Origin: an uncultured Subdoligranulum sp.
Lineage (GTDB): Bacteria; Bacillota; Clostridia; Christensenellales; CAG-314
Reading direction: 5' to 3'
Length of the DNA stretch: 64,000 nucleotides
NCBI GenBank assembly: GCA_964612455.1
Contig: CAZTCB010000001.1
Location: forward strand, 43,919 to 107,918
Shown here: positions 31,221-41,456 of the stretch, piece by piece
Position numbering within the stretch: position 1 is the first letter of the stretch
Layout of the letters: each line of letters begins with the position of its first letter
Translations under genes and position numbers: made by a program
The notes under the pieces: model-generated
What the model was told of the DNA's origin: nothing
What the model saw: the letters and a program-made list of their open reading frames with translations, nothing else
Database searches by the model: none

Positions 31221-33532
31221 TTAACCTTTTTAACTAAGTGCCCGGTTGTATGAGGCACGTCTTGTTTATCAATACTTTTCGCATTTAACGCCTGCCGGTA
31301 AAGCTTATAAACGCTACTCCTGCTGTCGGGATTTGGTTTTAGCAAATAATTACCGCTAAAATCAATTTTTTCATCTCCAACCAAAGGCAAACAATTAAAC
31401 AACTCCCAGTAACACTTTGCTATACGTTTACGCCGCAAATGAAAACACCTGTTAGTTTTATCCCTATATACCAAATCTTTCCCATTATACCCGCAATGAC
31501 CGCAATCACATTTTGAGTTTACATGCAGCGGACAATGCACCAAAGTCATCAAACATATTTCTCCGTCAGTAAAAATAAAACCTTCTTTGTCTTCAAACTC
31601 ATTTATTTCCGCAAGCGACAACTCCTGACTATAAAAGAAGGAAAAATAATTCTCACCGCAAAGCAATTTTAATGAATTTAGGGATTCGTTGTTGAATACG
31701 TTTAATCCGAGACCGATAACTATTTTTAATCCCAACTCGCGCGCAAGATAAACGGCGTACAAATTGTTTGCCACCACACCTTCAAACAAACCCGTCTTTA
31801 ATATGGATTTTAACACGGCATAATCCGATTCGGTAGCGAAATTAGGTGTATCGAGATAAATAGCATTAGCGTTTAATGTCGGAACAACTGTTTTTACCAG
31901 ATTGAGATTATATTCGTTAGGTTTAAATACTATCAACGTATCCGCCCCATAAACGGTATCATCAAAAGATTCGTCAACGTAAAGACATAAACGTTTTGAT
32001 TTATTTGCAGGCAGATAACGGTTATTGCATGCTGCCGTAGAATTGATGGGATTTCTTTTTAACGTTAAATTGTAGCGTAAAATCAATTCTTCGTCCAGCA
32101 TGCTTAGTCCTTTTCGTCTTAATGTATTTATTAAACTCAAAGGAAGAAAAACATCGTCTATGTCAACTATTATTTTTGAAATAGTATAATGCGTATTGCC
32201 TGTTTTTGATATCTGTTTAACTATGTTCTCCTTGGTAATAGGTTGATTTTGTGCTTTATCGAGCACGTCGGTACTTTCAACCAAAACGCTGACACCATTA
32301 CATGAAAACTGAATTTTTGCCCTATGCCCTGCTTTTGCGCAAAAAAATACTTCGACAGATAAAGATTTTTTTATTGCGTCCAATCGCGAAATTTGAGCCA
32401 CGGATGTCGTAATATTGATATCGTCGCCTGTTTCGCAATCGCCACATATGCCGACCTTGGTGAGACCGTTTTTGCTCGACTCCATACAAATAGCATTGCC
32501 TACTTCGATATCATCTCTTAACACCTTAAAAGCATCGCCTTCATGCAAAAATCGGTTTCCTTTTATAAACCATTCTTTTCCGTTTCTTACTAAAGTACCT
32601 ACTTTTACACCGATGTGACCTTGAGCTTGAGGGTAAACTATATTCGCATTATTATTAATGTATCCGTTAGTATAGTTTCCTCTGTTATAAATAGTTTTAA
32701 GCTCGTATAAATCGTTGTCAGTCCAAGTATAATCGCTATCTATAACTTTCCTATACGTTTTTGTAGTCTGCGCAACGTACTGAGCTCGACGATTTCTACC
32801 TTCGATTTTCAGCATCTTGACGCCACAGTCCGCCAATTTACCCACGTTGCGGATAAGACACAAGTCACGTGCAGACAGAAGGTATCCTGTTTTTATATTT
32901 TGCCCATCAACAATACAGTCGTATTTTTGTCTGCAAGGCTGAGCGCACAAACCCCTGTTTCCGCTGTTTCCATCGATAAACGAGGAAAATAGACACTGCC
33001 CCGAAACAGATACGCATAGCGCACCATGCAAAAAAGCCTCTACGTCTATACCTACTTTTTCGTGAATTTTTTCAATATCCGCCAACGGTGTTTCTCTGCT
33101 GACAACAACCCTCGAACATCCGAGCTCTTCCGCTATTTTTGCGCCTGCGACATTGTGTATATTTTGCTGAGTACTGAGCGTAACGTCAAAATCGGGACAA
33201 TTATCCTTTAAGTACCTTAATAAACCGATATCCGTTACAATTAAACCGTCAACGAAATTTTCATAGCAATAGCGACCGAGCTGACATGCCTCTTTGAACT
33301 CACTATTTTTTATACAGGTATTGATTGTAACAAATACCTTTACGTTAAAAAGATGGCAAAAATTAACCCATTCAGGCAAATTTTCAGTGGTAAAATTGTC
33401 AGCCTTCATTCGGGCGTTAAATTTGTTTAATCCCAAGTATACTGCATCAGCGCCGTTAAACACGGCAGCCATCAACGCGTCGGGACTACCTGCAGGTGCC
33501 AATATTGACGGTTTATCTGAGAACTGCGCCAA
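31217..33532 (-). CDS. U32 family peptidase (collagenase-like), long form
   Basis: The N-terminus ILAPAGSPDALMAAVFNGADAVYLG and the E..AFLHGALC block are characteristic of peptidase U32. 771 aa. Confidence 0.8.
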   Translation of the reverse strand: MAQFSDKPSILAPAGSPDALMAAVFNGADAVYLGLNKFNARMKADNFTTENLPEWVNFCHLFNVKVFVTINTCIKNSEFKEACQLGRYCYENFVDGLIVTDIGLLRYLKDNCPDFDVTLSTQQNIHNVAGAKIAEELGCSRVVVSRETPLADIEKIHEKVGIDVEAFLHGALCVSVSGQCLFSSFIDGNSGNRGLCAQPCRQKYDCIVDGQNIKTGYLLSARDLCLIRNVGKLADCGVKMLKIEGRNRRAQYVAQTTKTYRKVIDSDYTWTDNDLYELKTIYNRGNYTNGYINNNANIVYPQAQGHIGVKVGTLVRNGKEWFIKGNRFLHEGDAFKVLRDDIEVGNAICMESSKNGLTKVGICGDCETGDDINITTSVAQISRLDAIKKSLSVEVFFCAKAGHRAKIQFSCNGVSVLVESTDVLDKAQNQPITKENIVKQISKTGNTHYTISKIIVDIDDVFLPLSLINTLRRKGLSMLDEELILRYNLTLKRNPINSTAACNNRYLPANKSKRLCLYVDESFDDTVYGADTLIVFKPNEYNLNLVKTVVPTLNANAIYLDTPNFATESDYAVLKSILKTGLFEGVVANNLYAVYLARELGLKIVIGLGLNVFNNESLNSLKLLCGENYFSFFYSQELSLAEINEFEDKEGFIFTDGEICLMTLVHCPLHVNSKCDCGHCGYNGKDLVYRDKTNRCFHLRRKRIAKCYWELFNCLPLVGDEKIDFSGNYLLKPNPDSRSSVYKLYRQALNAKSIDKQDVPHTTGHLVKKVK

Positions 33533-35897
33533 ATTTTTCTCCTAATACTTTTAATATTCTTTTTATTTGCGGTTCAATGTCTTTGTCGGTCAAAGTACGA
33601 TTTGATACCCTAAATTTCAAGGACAACGCAATACTTTTTTTGCCGACGGGTACCTGTTCTCCCTCATAAACGTCAAACAGTCTTACCGATTCGCAAATCT
33701 TGCTCGTGCGTAATACTTCATCGATAATATCCTGAACAAATACCGATTTATCCGTTACTACGGCGATATCGCGTTCTACCGAAGGTAATCTCGGTATCGC
33801 CTTATATTTTACTACGTTACGTTTCAGTCTGATTACATCGTCAAGATTGATTTCACAAACATAAAGTTTTGTAAGCAAATCAAAATTTTGTTTTACCGTG
33901 GGATGCAATTCGCCTATATATCCTATCTTTTCCTCACCGCAAAGAATATCGGCAGATACTCCGGGATGTAAAAATTCTTCGCCGCTACGACGATATTTCG
34001 CATCGATGCCTAACGCAGATAAAAACGTACCGATATCTGACTTGGCGTCAAAAAAATCCCCGATGGAGCTCACGAAACAAAGTTTATAAACTTCTTTCGG
34101 CTGTTCATTCTGTTCGGTTTCTTTAAAAAACGTCTTAGAAATTTCAAATAGTTTAACGTCGCCGTTCTTACGACTTTGGTTTTCCGCAGCGACACTCAGC
34201 AGATGCGGCAAAATCGACTGCCGCAATAAGGCGTAGTCTTCGCCCAACGGGTTTAAAATTTTAACAAAATCACCCTTGTCATCGGTTTTAGAGAGAGTCA
34301 ATTTATCAAATAAACGTTTGCCGCCAAAAGAATAAGTTACGCATTGGTTATAGCCCAATCCGACGAAATTTTTTAAAGCCCCGTCGATGATAGTTTGCGT
34401 CACAGTTTTTTCGGATGACGTAATTTCTGCGTTTTTCAATAATGTAGACGTGATATTATCATACCCATATACTCTGATTATCTCTTCTATATAATCGCAA
34501 TCTCTCTGCAAATCCTCACGATACATTGGCGCAACACAAGTTATCTGACCGTTGCGTATAGTCGTCTCTATGCCGAGATTGTTTAAAATCTCAACGACCT
34601 TGACTTGCTCGATTTCAATACCGAGTAAATTTTTGATACGATCGTACGAAAAAGTCAAAGTATTATTAAAATCATTATCTTCTTCCACGACGGCTCTGCC
34701 TACCGTGACTTTACCGCAATCGAGTTGATTTACAAGATGTAACGCCCTCGACAAAGCAATGTCTGCGGTGTAGCTGTCAACGCCTTTTTCAAATCGTGAA
34801 GAGCTATCCGTTTTTATTCCCAAAAAACGACTCGTACGACGAATGTTTTCCCTATTAAACTTTGCAGACTCAAACATGACACAATTAGTATCATTTTTAA
34901 TACCGCTATTGCTACCACCCATTACACCAGCTATGCCTACAGGGCGTTCTTTATCCGCAATAACTAAAACATTGTCGTTCAGCTCGTATTCCTTTTGATT
35001 AAAAGGTATTATTTTTTCGCCGTTTATCGCGCGTCTGACAATAATAACTTTGTCGTTAATATCGGCATAATCGAATGCATGCATAGGTTGACCGACTTCT
35101 AACAAAACATAGTTTGTTATATCAACCATATTATTGATTGCATTTACTCCGCAAGCTGCCAACCTTCTCGTCATCCACAAAGGCGACTGTTTAATGGCTA
35201 TATCCGTTGCTCCTTGCATATAGTAAGATGGACAAAGCTTGCTGTCTTTAACGACAACACTAACCAAATCTTGTGTCTTTTTTGAGGAATTTTCTTCAAA
35301 ATCGATTTCTAAAGGCTTTACCTTTTTGCCCAACGCAACTGCAACTTCTCTCGCTAACCCGTAAATACTATTGCAATCCGGTCGATTAAACGTGACGGCA
35401 AAATCCAACACGTAGTCATCGAGCCCAAGTACTTTCACCATATCTTCGCCAACGGTTTCGTCGTCGTTTAGAATGAGAATACCGTCGACAGCCGCTCCGG
35501 GATAAATTGCATCTGTTATACCGAGCTCATCTCCGCCGCAAAACATGCCGTTACTCGGGAGACCGCGCAATTTACCGTTTTTTATAATCGTACCGTCGGC
35601 AAGACGTGCACCGTTTAACGAAACAGGTACTTTAGCGCCGACGAAAACGTTTTTAGCAGCAGTAATAATTTGTAGCGGTTCGCTTTGCCCGATATCAACT
35701 TGACATACCTGTAATTTATCCGCATCGGGATGTTTCGCGATATCTGTTATCTGACCAACTTTGACGTTGGTAAACTTGTTGCCGAGATACTCTACCGACT
35801 CTATTTCAAAACCGATTGATACCATTTTTTTGCACAAGGTATCGACGTCGACATCAATATCTACGTATTGTTTGAGCCAACTTAACGGTGCTTTCAT
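33513..35897 (-). CDS. pheT: phenylalanine--tRNA ligase beta subunit
   Basis: 794 aa starting MKAPLSWLKQYVDIDV, with tRNA-binding, B3/4, B5 and FDX-ACB regions. Confidence 0.96.
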   Translation of the reverse strand: MKAPLSWLKQYVDIDVDVDTLCKKMVSIGFEIESVEYLGNKFTNVKVGQITDIAKHPDADKLQVCQVDIGQSEPLQIITAAKNVFVGAKVPVSLNGARLADGTIIKNGKLRGLPSNGMFCGGDELGITDAIYPGAAVDGILILNDDETVGEDMVKVLGLDDYVLDFAVTFNRPDCNSIYGLAREVAVALGKKVKPLEIDFEENSSKKTQDLVSVVVKDSKLCPSYYMQGATDIAIKQSPLWMTRRLAACGVNAINNMVDITNYVLLEVGQPMHAFDYADINDKVIIVRRAINGEKIIPFNQKEYELNDNVLVIADKERPVGIAGVMGGSNSGIKNDTNCVMFESAKFNRENIRRTSRFLGIKTDSSSRFEKGVDSYTADIALSRALHLVNQLDCGKVTVGRAVVEEDNDFNNTLTFSYDRIKNLLGIEIEQVKVVEILNNLGIETTIRNGQITCVAPMYREDLQRDCDYIEEIIRVYGYDNITSTLLKNAEITSSEKTVTQTIIDGALKNFVGLGYNQCVTYSFGGKRLFDKLTLSKTDDKGDFVKILNPLGEDYALLRQSILPHLLSVAAENQSRKNGDVKLFEISKTFFKETEQNEQPKEVYKLCFVSSIGDFFDAKSDIGTFLSALGIDAKYRRSGEEFLHPGVSADILCGEEKIGYIGELHPTVKQNFDLLTKLYVCEINLDDVIRLKRNVVKYKAIPRLPSVERDIAVVTDKSVFVQDIIDEVLRTSKICESVRLFDVYEGEQVPVGKKSIALSLKFRVSNRTLTDKDIEPQIKRILKVLGEKFGAVLR

Positions 35898-35901
35898 CCT
35901 C

Positions 35902-36933
35902 TTAATCCTCCATTTTGTCGAATTGTTTTAAAAAGTTTACGTCGTTTTCAAAGAAAAGTCTTATATCCGGTATACCGTATTTAATCATTGCAAATCTTTC
36001 TAACCCGAAACCAAAGGCATATCCGTTGTATTGCGTTGCGTCGATACCGCAATTTTCAAGTACAAAAGGATGAACCATACCGGCTCCAAGCACTTCGATC
36101 CACCCTGTACCTTTACACAATGAGCACCCTTTGCCGTTGCAAGACGAACAAGTAAGGTCTACTTCTACGCTGGGTTCCGTAAAAGGAAAATACGACGGAC
36201 GAAACCTGACTTTTGTTTCGTCACCAAACAACTTTCTCGCTACTGTTTCCAAAGTACCCTTTAAATCGCACAACGTAAGATGCTTATCAACAACCAATCC
36301 TTCTATCTGATGAAACATCGGCGAATGCGAAGCATCGCTATCGGGACGATAAACTTTACCGGGACAAACTATTTTTAGCGGCGGCTTTTCGCTAAGCATC
36401 ACGCGAGCCTGATTGGGAGACGTATGAGTCCGCAATAAAACTTCTCTCCCCAAAAAAAACGTATCCTGCATATCCCTTGCCGGGTGATCCGAAGGAATAT
36501 TTAACGCCTGAAAGTTAAAATAGTCCGTTTCCGCTTCCGGACCTTCTTTTACCGAAAACCCCAACCCTTCAAAAATTTTGACAATTTGATTTTGTATTAG
36601 TTGGATAGGATGTAGCGTGCCTAACTTTCCTTCGCCTTTATTTACAGTGATATCGACAGACTCGTTGTTTAATTTATCCGCTACGGCTTTAGCTTGCAAA
36701 ACAACCTTGGTTTCCTCCAACGCTGTTTCCATTTCAACTTTCGCTTTATTTAAAAACGCCCCCATTGCGGGCTTGTCCTCTGCCGGCAAATCCCTTAGCC
36801 CTTTAAGCAGTGCGGTAAACGTACCGCTCTTTCCGAAATACTTTATTCTGACGTTATTTAAATCGTCCAAAGAAAGACAGGAATTTACCTCTGAAAAAAA
36901 CTCTTGTCTTAAACATTCTATCTTTTCCTTCAT
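35902..36933 (-). CDS. pheS: phenylalanine--tRNA ligase alpha subunit
   Basis: 343 aa with class II motifs (FRPSYFPFTEPS, GFGLERFAMIKYGI). Confidence 0.96.
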   Translation of the reverse strand: MKEKIECLRQEFFSEVNSCLSLDDLNNVRIKYFGKSGTFTALLKGLRDLPAEDKPAMGAFLNKAKVEMETALEETKVVLQAKAVADKLNNESVDITVNKGEGKLGTLHPIQLIQNQIVKIFEGLGFSVKEGPEAETDYFNFQALNIPSDHPARDMQDTFFLGREVLLRTHTSPNQARVMLSEKPPLKIVCPGKVYRPDSDASHSPMFHQIEGLVVDKHLTLCDLKGTLETVARKLFGDETKVRFRPSYFPFTEPSVEVDLTCSSCNGKGCSLCKGTGWIEVLGAGMVHPFVLENCGIDATQYNGYAFGFGLERFAMIKYGIPDIRLFFENDVNFLKQFDKMED

Positions 36934-36950
36934 ATTTACTCCCTAATACA

Positions 36951-37214
36951 AAAAAATTAACCGTCCCAAATATTAGGACGGCTTAAAATATCCGTGGTAC
37001 CACCTAACTTTACGTTATCGGAAAAAAACACACCGACAACGCCTTGTTACAACCTTTAACGGAGTCAACCGCAAATGGCTACTGTCTGTATAAACGCAGG
37101 TTCACCAAATGTGCTACAAAGTGAATATCTTTCTTACGCCGTAAAATCTCTCACCAACCGATTTTTCTCTCAACGCTACGCAATCGTAAGACTCTTATGC
37201 TTCGTCATCGCTTT
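36951..37214 (-). promoter_or_regulatory. T-box riboswitch leader, Phe (UUC) specifier, with terminator
   Basis: On the minus strand the leader starts AGCGATGACGAAG (K-turn), then has an AGAGA bulge and GGTGAGAG distal loop. The specifier loop is GAAAGATATTCAC, with UUC at 37125..37123. The T-box motif AAGTTAGGTGGTACCACGGA lies at 37010..36991. The terminator is CCGTCC...GGACGG plus a U-run at 36981..36951. Confidence 0.85.
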
Positions 37215-37220
37215 GTTAGT

Positions 37221-37249
37221 AGTATAACAAAGTTTTTTAATATTAGCAA
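37221..37249 (-). promoter_or_regulatory. promoter of the pheST T-box leader
   Basis: Minus strand TTGCTA, 17 nt, TATACT. Confidence 0.55.
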
Positions 37250-37277
37250 GCAATTTTTTTAATCGTTTAAAAATTTT

Positions 37278-37949
37278 TTAAGGCGTCAAATCATAATCTT
37301 GACCAAAAATACTTCCGGCGGCTAAATATGTATCGGGTACTTTCCCGACAATAATACTTTCAGACACCAAAACCGGTGTATTTGTCTTTACCGTAGACTG
37401 AGACGTCGGCAAAACTATTGATACGGTTGCAACCACGTCGAGATAAATCTTATGCCGCGTCTGGTTGATTCCCGCAGACTCAAACTCAGAAACAAATTGA
37501 CATTTTACCGAACCTATAGGCAAAACTTTTACCGTGACGTCAAAACCTTTTCCCGCAAGTAACGGACTGCCCGATAAAGTACCTATTGGTATCTTAACGT
37601 CTTGTTCGCCCATTTTTTCTATATAAGTCTCAGTAGATTGTGCCATGTCTCGCGCAAGCTTATTGATAATCATACTATTGGCGGCAATAAGAGTAATCTC
37701 ATCGTTTGAATTTTTTTCAATAGTAACCAATTCGCCGTAGCTGATAGGCTCAACCATTACCTCAAAAATAGCACTGTTTACGGCGGCCGTCGTCAATGAT
37801 TTTATCTTTGCCTCCGAAAAAGCCACTATAGTAGGAGAAACGGAATTCAGCATATAAATACATACAATCGCTATCGTTAAAACAATCAACGATAAAACAA
37901 TTAATTTTTTCAACTTTTTAAGCGGTTTAGTTTTAATACTTTTAGTCAC
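37278..37949 (-). CDS. yunB: sporulation protein YunB
   Basis: 223 aa with an N-terminal TM helix. The block PIGTLSGSPLLAGKG...SEFESAGINQTRHKIYL matches my recollection of the YunB family. It is adjacent to the spoVA genes. Confidence 0.6.
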   Translation of the reverse strand: MTKSIKTKPLKKLKKLIVLSLIVLTIAIVCIYMLNSVSPTIVAFSEAKIKSLTTAAVNSAIFEVMVEPISYGELVTIEKNSNDEITLIAANSMIINKLARDMAQSTETYIEKMGEQDVKIPIGTLSGSPLLAGKGFDVTVKVLPIGSVKCQFVSEFESAGINQTRHKIYLDVVATVSIVLPTSQSTVKTNTPVLVSESIIVGKVPDTYLAAGSIFGQDYDLTP

Positions 37950-38000
37950 GACGCACCTTTATTTACTATTATATTTATATAAGAATAAATAAGTGCATAT

Positions 38001-38390
38001 TCATATTTGTTTTGTTTGCGGCTTAAAGATAAGAGCGACTAAATATCCGAAAAAAATAGCGGTAGTTATTCCCGTTGCGCAAGCTTTTAAGCCTCCCGTA
38101 AACGCACCTACTATTCCTTCCGATTTAGCTGCTTCAACAGCTCCTTTTACCAAAGCACATCCAAACCCGCTTATCGGCACGCTTGCACCGGCTCCTGCCC
38201 ATTCTATTAAAGGTTGGTAAAGACCAAATCCTTGCAAAATAGCGCCTGCAAGCAAAAAAATCACAAGTATACGACCATTAGTCAAATGCGTACAATTAAT
38301 GATTATCTGACCGATAAGACAAATCCCACCTCCGACGGCAAAAGCTTTTACAAACGTTAAAAACATATCCATAAACAATTTTTCCTCCAA
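38001..38390 (-). CDS. spoVAE: stage V sporulation protein AE (SpoVAEb type)
   Basis: Small membrane protein with AFAVGGGICLIGQ and GAGASVPISGFG motifs. It is the third gene of the spoVAC-D-E set. Confidence 0.8.
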   Translation of the reverse strand: MEEKLFMDMFLTFVKAFAVGGGICLIGQIIINCTHLTNGRILVIFLLAGAILQGFGLYQPLIEWAGAGASVPISGFGCALVKGAVEAAKSEGIVGAFTGGLKACATGITTAIFFGYLVALIFKPQTKQI

Positions 38391-38424
38391 GTAACCTTTT
38401 TTATTTAATTAAACAGCTTACAAA

Positions 38425-39489
38425 TTATTCTTCGTCCGTATCGTCAAGGTCTGCCGTAATTTCAACGAGATGAGCAATAGCGGCAATGCTTTCTCCCTGA
38501 AAAGACGATAAAGGACTCATTAAAGCACCTGTACCAAGCAACAATACGTTTTTTAAACTTCCGTTTCTCAAACTATCCAATATGATACTGTTGGTAACTA
38601 TTGCACTACACGCCGCACCGCTTCCGCCTTGATAAGTTTTTTGTCGCTCAAAATATAGTGCGGCTCCGCAATCGGCATAATTTTTTGACAAATCCATTCC
38701 CTCTCGTAAAGCAAGGTCCATCAATATTTCTTTTCCAAGTTTACCTAAGTCTCCCGTTAAAATCAAATCGTAATCTTCAACGGTTTTGCCGGTGTCGGCA
38801 AAAAACTGTCTTAACGTATCACATGCCGCAGGTGCCATCGCTGCGCCCATATTGTTAATATCTTTTATTCCGAAATCAATAACTCTACCCGGGGTTGCGG
38901 CGGTTATTTTCGGAGAATTTTCGGTCGATTTTTCGGCAGTCAGCAGCGTTGCGCCTACTCCCGTACACGTCCATTGCGTCATCGGCGACCTAAGTACTCC
39001 GAGTTCCAGCGGATAACGGTATTGTCTTTCGGCGGACGAAAAATGACTACCGCTTATACAAATTACGTTTTTATAATAATTATCAACCATAGCCGCACCT
39101 ACGACGAGACTTTCGGCATAAGTGCCGCACGCATTATACAACCCTAAAAAAGAAGCAGGAGTTTTTCTTGCGCTGTAAGATGCCGAAATAATTTGATTTA
39201 AAAGATCTCCGCCAAGTATTGCGTCCAACTCTATCGGTAAAAGCTTCGATTTACTCATAACTCCGTCAATGGCAGTTTCAAACATTTTTCTTTCGGCTTT
39301 TTCAAAAGTTTTTTGATCAAATCTGTCATTAAGAAGAGCAAAATCAAATCTGTCCCCCAATTTTCCTCTTAATTCTTTTGGTCCAACGATTGAAAAACCT
39401 TCGGTAAAGTACACGTTTTCAAAACGCATTGTCCTCGGTCTCATCTCTGTTTCTAAATTTTTTGTCATTTTTACTTTCTTAACCCCCAA
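38425..39489 (-). CDS. spoVAD: stage V sporulation protein AD
   Basis: 354 aa, thiolase-like fold family. It lies between spoVAC and spoVAE as in all spore formers. Confidence 0.85.
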   Translation of the reverse strand: MGVKKVKMTKNLETEMRPRTMRFENVYFTEGFSIVGPKELRGKLGDRFDFALLNDRFDQKTFEKAERKMFETAIDGVMSKSKLLPIELDAILGGDLLNQIISASYSARKTPASFLGLYNACGTYAESLVVGAAMVDNYYKNVICISGSHFSSAERQYRYPLELGVLRSPMTQWTCTGVGATLLTAEKSTENSPKITAATPGRVIDFGIKDINNMGAAMAPAACDTLRQFFADTGKTVEDYDLILTGDLGKLGKEILMDLALREGMDLSKNYADCGAALYFERQKTYQGGSGAACSAIVTNSIILDSLRNGSLKNVLLLGTGALMSPLSSFQGESIAAIAHLVEITADLDDTDEE

Positions 39490-40078
39490 AAAGTAACGTC
39501 AGCAAGGCAATCAACACACTGATGGCAACTCCGTTGACTATAACGGGACCTGCAACTAAAAACATTTTTGCGCCCAACCCGTAAACCATGCCTTCACATC
39601 TGAATTCAAGCGCAGGAGCAACGACTGCGTTTGAAAATCCCGTTATCGGGACGGTACTGCCCGCACCTGCAAAACGCCCCAAAAGGTCGTAAATCCCAAA
39701 TCCCGTACACAACGCCGAAATTAAAACCAACGTCGACGATGCCAATACCGAAGCTTTTTCCTGCGGAAAATCAAGCAACTTATACAGCTCGATAAAGGCT
39801 TGTCCGATAACGCAAATAAAGCCCCCTACAACGAATGCCCAAAACATATTTTTAAAATGGCTTGATTTCGGCGATTTATAAAAAACGTACTCTTTATAGT
39901 TACTTTTATCGATTTTTTCAAACTTTTTACTTGCCTTATCGTAACGTGCGTTTTTCTTCGCCGCAAAAACTATATCGCGTTTTGGCGATTGCTCAAAACT
40001 TTTTTCTTTTTTTAAACTTAAAGTTTTTTCTACCTTTTTGACTTGTTTGTTTTTATCTTCGTTTTTTATATTACTCAT
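39479..40078 (-). CDS. spoVAC: stage V sporulation protein AC with a Lys-rich N-terminal extension
   Basis: The C-terminal 120 aa (FVVGGFICVIGQ...GAGSTVPITGFSNA) are SpoVAC. The start is placed at ATG 40078 (GGAG 7 nt upstream) rather than the track start at 40093. About 70 extra K/E-rich residues precede the conserved core. Confidence 0.8.
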   Translation of the reverse strand: MSNIKNEDKNKQVKKVEKTLSLKKEKSFEQSPKRDIVFAAKKNARYDKASKKFEKIDKSNYKEYVFYKSPKSSHFKNMFWAFVVGGFICVIGQAFIELYKLLDFPQEKASVLASSTLVLISALCTGFGIYDLLGRFAGAGSTVPITGFSNAVVAPALEFRCEGMVYGLGAKMFLVAGPVIVNGVAISVLIALLTLLFGG

Positions 40079-40079
40079 G

Positions 40080-40166
40080 TCAAATCTCCACATTCTCTTT
40101 TATAGATATATACGTTTCCCTGTCCGTTTTATTTCGTTCTATCAACGGTGTTTGCGGTTTTTTCAT
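40080..40166 (-). CDS. candidate 28-codon small ORF coupled to spoVAC
   Basis: GGAGG lies 8 nt upstream of the ATG at 40166. It encodes MKKPQTPLIERNKTDRETYISIKENVEI. Its TGA stop is followed by 1 nt and then the spoVAC ATG. No homology evidence is available. Confidence 0.3.
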   Translation of the reverse strand: MKKPQTPLIERNKTDRETYISIKENVEI

Positions 40167-40250
40167 GTGAATTGCCTCCAGTAAAACTTTTCCCAAAATA
40201 TAAAAAAATAAACGCCAAACCCGATGTTTTAGCGTTTATTGCAATTAAAA

Positions 40251-40997
40251 TTAATCTTCATCCGAAAATTTCTTGCGTATTTTAGTCAGTATTTTATTCT
40301 CCAATCTTGATATCTGTACTTGAGAAACACCAAGTAACTTTGCTATGTCGCCTTGCGTAAAATCTCTGAAATATCTTAAAATAATAATCTTTTTTTCTTT
40401 AGGCGTCAGTTCCTTAATGATTGTTTTCAATATGACACGGTTTATTATATCGTCTTCTTTTTGATTTGACGGAATTTTATCCATCAAACAAAGACCTTTT
40501 TCATCCGTATTATCCGCTTTTTCAAAGAGCGATATCGGCATTTTTGCGCTATCCATTACAAAAACAACTTCTCCCGCGTCGATATTAAATTCTTTAGCAA
40601 TATCGCTTATTGTCGGCTCGCCTCTATTATTTTTTTTAAAATCGTCGACAAAACGACTTATCTTTGACGACAACGTTTTAACACCTCTGCTTACTTTAAT
40701 ATATCCGTCGTCACGTATATATCTTTTAATCTCTCCGATAATCATAGGAACGGCATACGTTGAAAACCTGACGTCAAACTCAATAGAAAAATTGTATATG
40801 GCTTTGAGCAAGCCCATACTTGCTATTTGCATTAAGTCGTTGTATTCTACGCCTTTTCCGACATAACGTTTTACGATACTTTTTATTAAGGGAGTATTCT
40901 CGGTAATTAATCGTTCTTTTGCTGCTTCCTCTCCTTTCTGAGCGCAGACGATTAATTGCATTGTCGTTTCATGATCATATTCCATCTTGACCTTCAC
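40251..40997 (-). CDS. sigF: RNA polymerase sporulation sigma factor SigF
   Basis: Sigma-70 regions 2, 3 and 4. It directly follows spoIIAA-spoIIAB. Confidence 0.9.
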   Translation of the reverse strand: MKVKMEYDHETTMQLIVCAQKGEEAAKERLITENTPLIKSIVKRYVGKGVEYNDLMQIASMGLLKAIYNFSIEFDVRFSTYAVPMIIGEIKRYIRDDGYIKVSRGVKTLSSKISRFVDDFKKNNRGEPTISDIAKEFNIDAGEVVFVMDSAKMPISLFEKADNTDEKGLCLMDKIPSNQKEDDIINRVILKTIIKELTPKEKKIIILRYFRDFTQGDIAKLLGVSQVQISRLENKILTKIRKKFSDED

Positions 40998-41436
40998 CGT
41001 CAGAAAAGCCGAATATTTTTGTCATTTTTACAAGTGTACCTTCGCCGAGCGTGCTCTCAACCTTTAAATCATCCGTAAACGCAGCCATTACAGTAAATCC
41101 CATTCCGCTTCGCTCTTCGGTTTTACAAGTCGTAAAAAATGTTTGCATTGCCTTATTAACGTCACTTATCCCAACACCGAAATCACGTATAGAAATCTCG
41201 GACGTGTTGTCGTCAAAAAGTTTTACACCGACTACGATATCGCCTTTTTGTTTATTTTTATAACCGTGAACAATACAGTTGGTAACCGCTTCGCTGACGG
41301 CTGTTTTAATGTCGCCTATTTCTTCTATAGTCGGATTAACTTGCGCACAAAAAGCCGCCACCGCGCTACGCAAAAAGCCCTCGTTAACCGATTTTGCATC
41401 TATTGTCATACTAAATTGATTTAAGACTGTTTTCAT
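40975..41436 (-). CDS. spoIIAB: anti-sigma F factor (serine kinase) SpoIIAB
   Basis: GHKL kinase motifs (EAVTNCIVHGY, DFGVGI, GMGFTV). Confidence 0.92.
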   Translation of the reverse strand: MKTVLNQFSMTIDAKSVNEGFLRSAVAAFCAQVNPTIEEIGDIKTAVSEAVTNCIVHGYKNKQKGDIVVGVKLFDDNTSEISIRDFGVGISDVNKAMQTFFTTCKTEERSGMGFTVMAAFTDDLKVESTLGEGTLVKMTKIFGFSDGEGQDGI

Positions 41437-41456
41437 TTTTCATCCTCACTTTTTTG

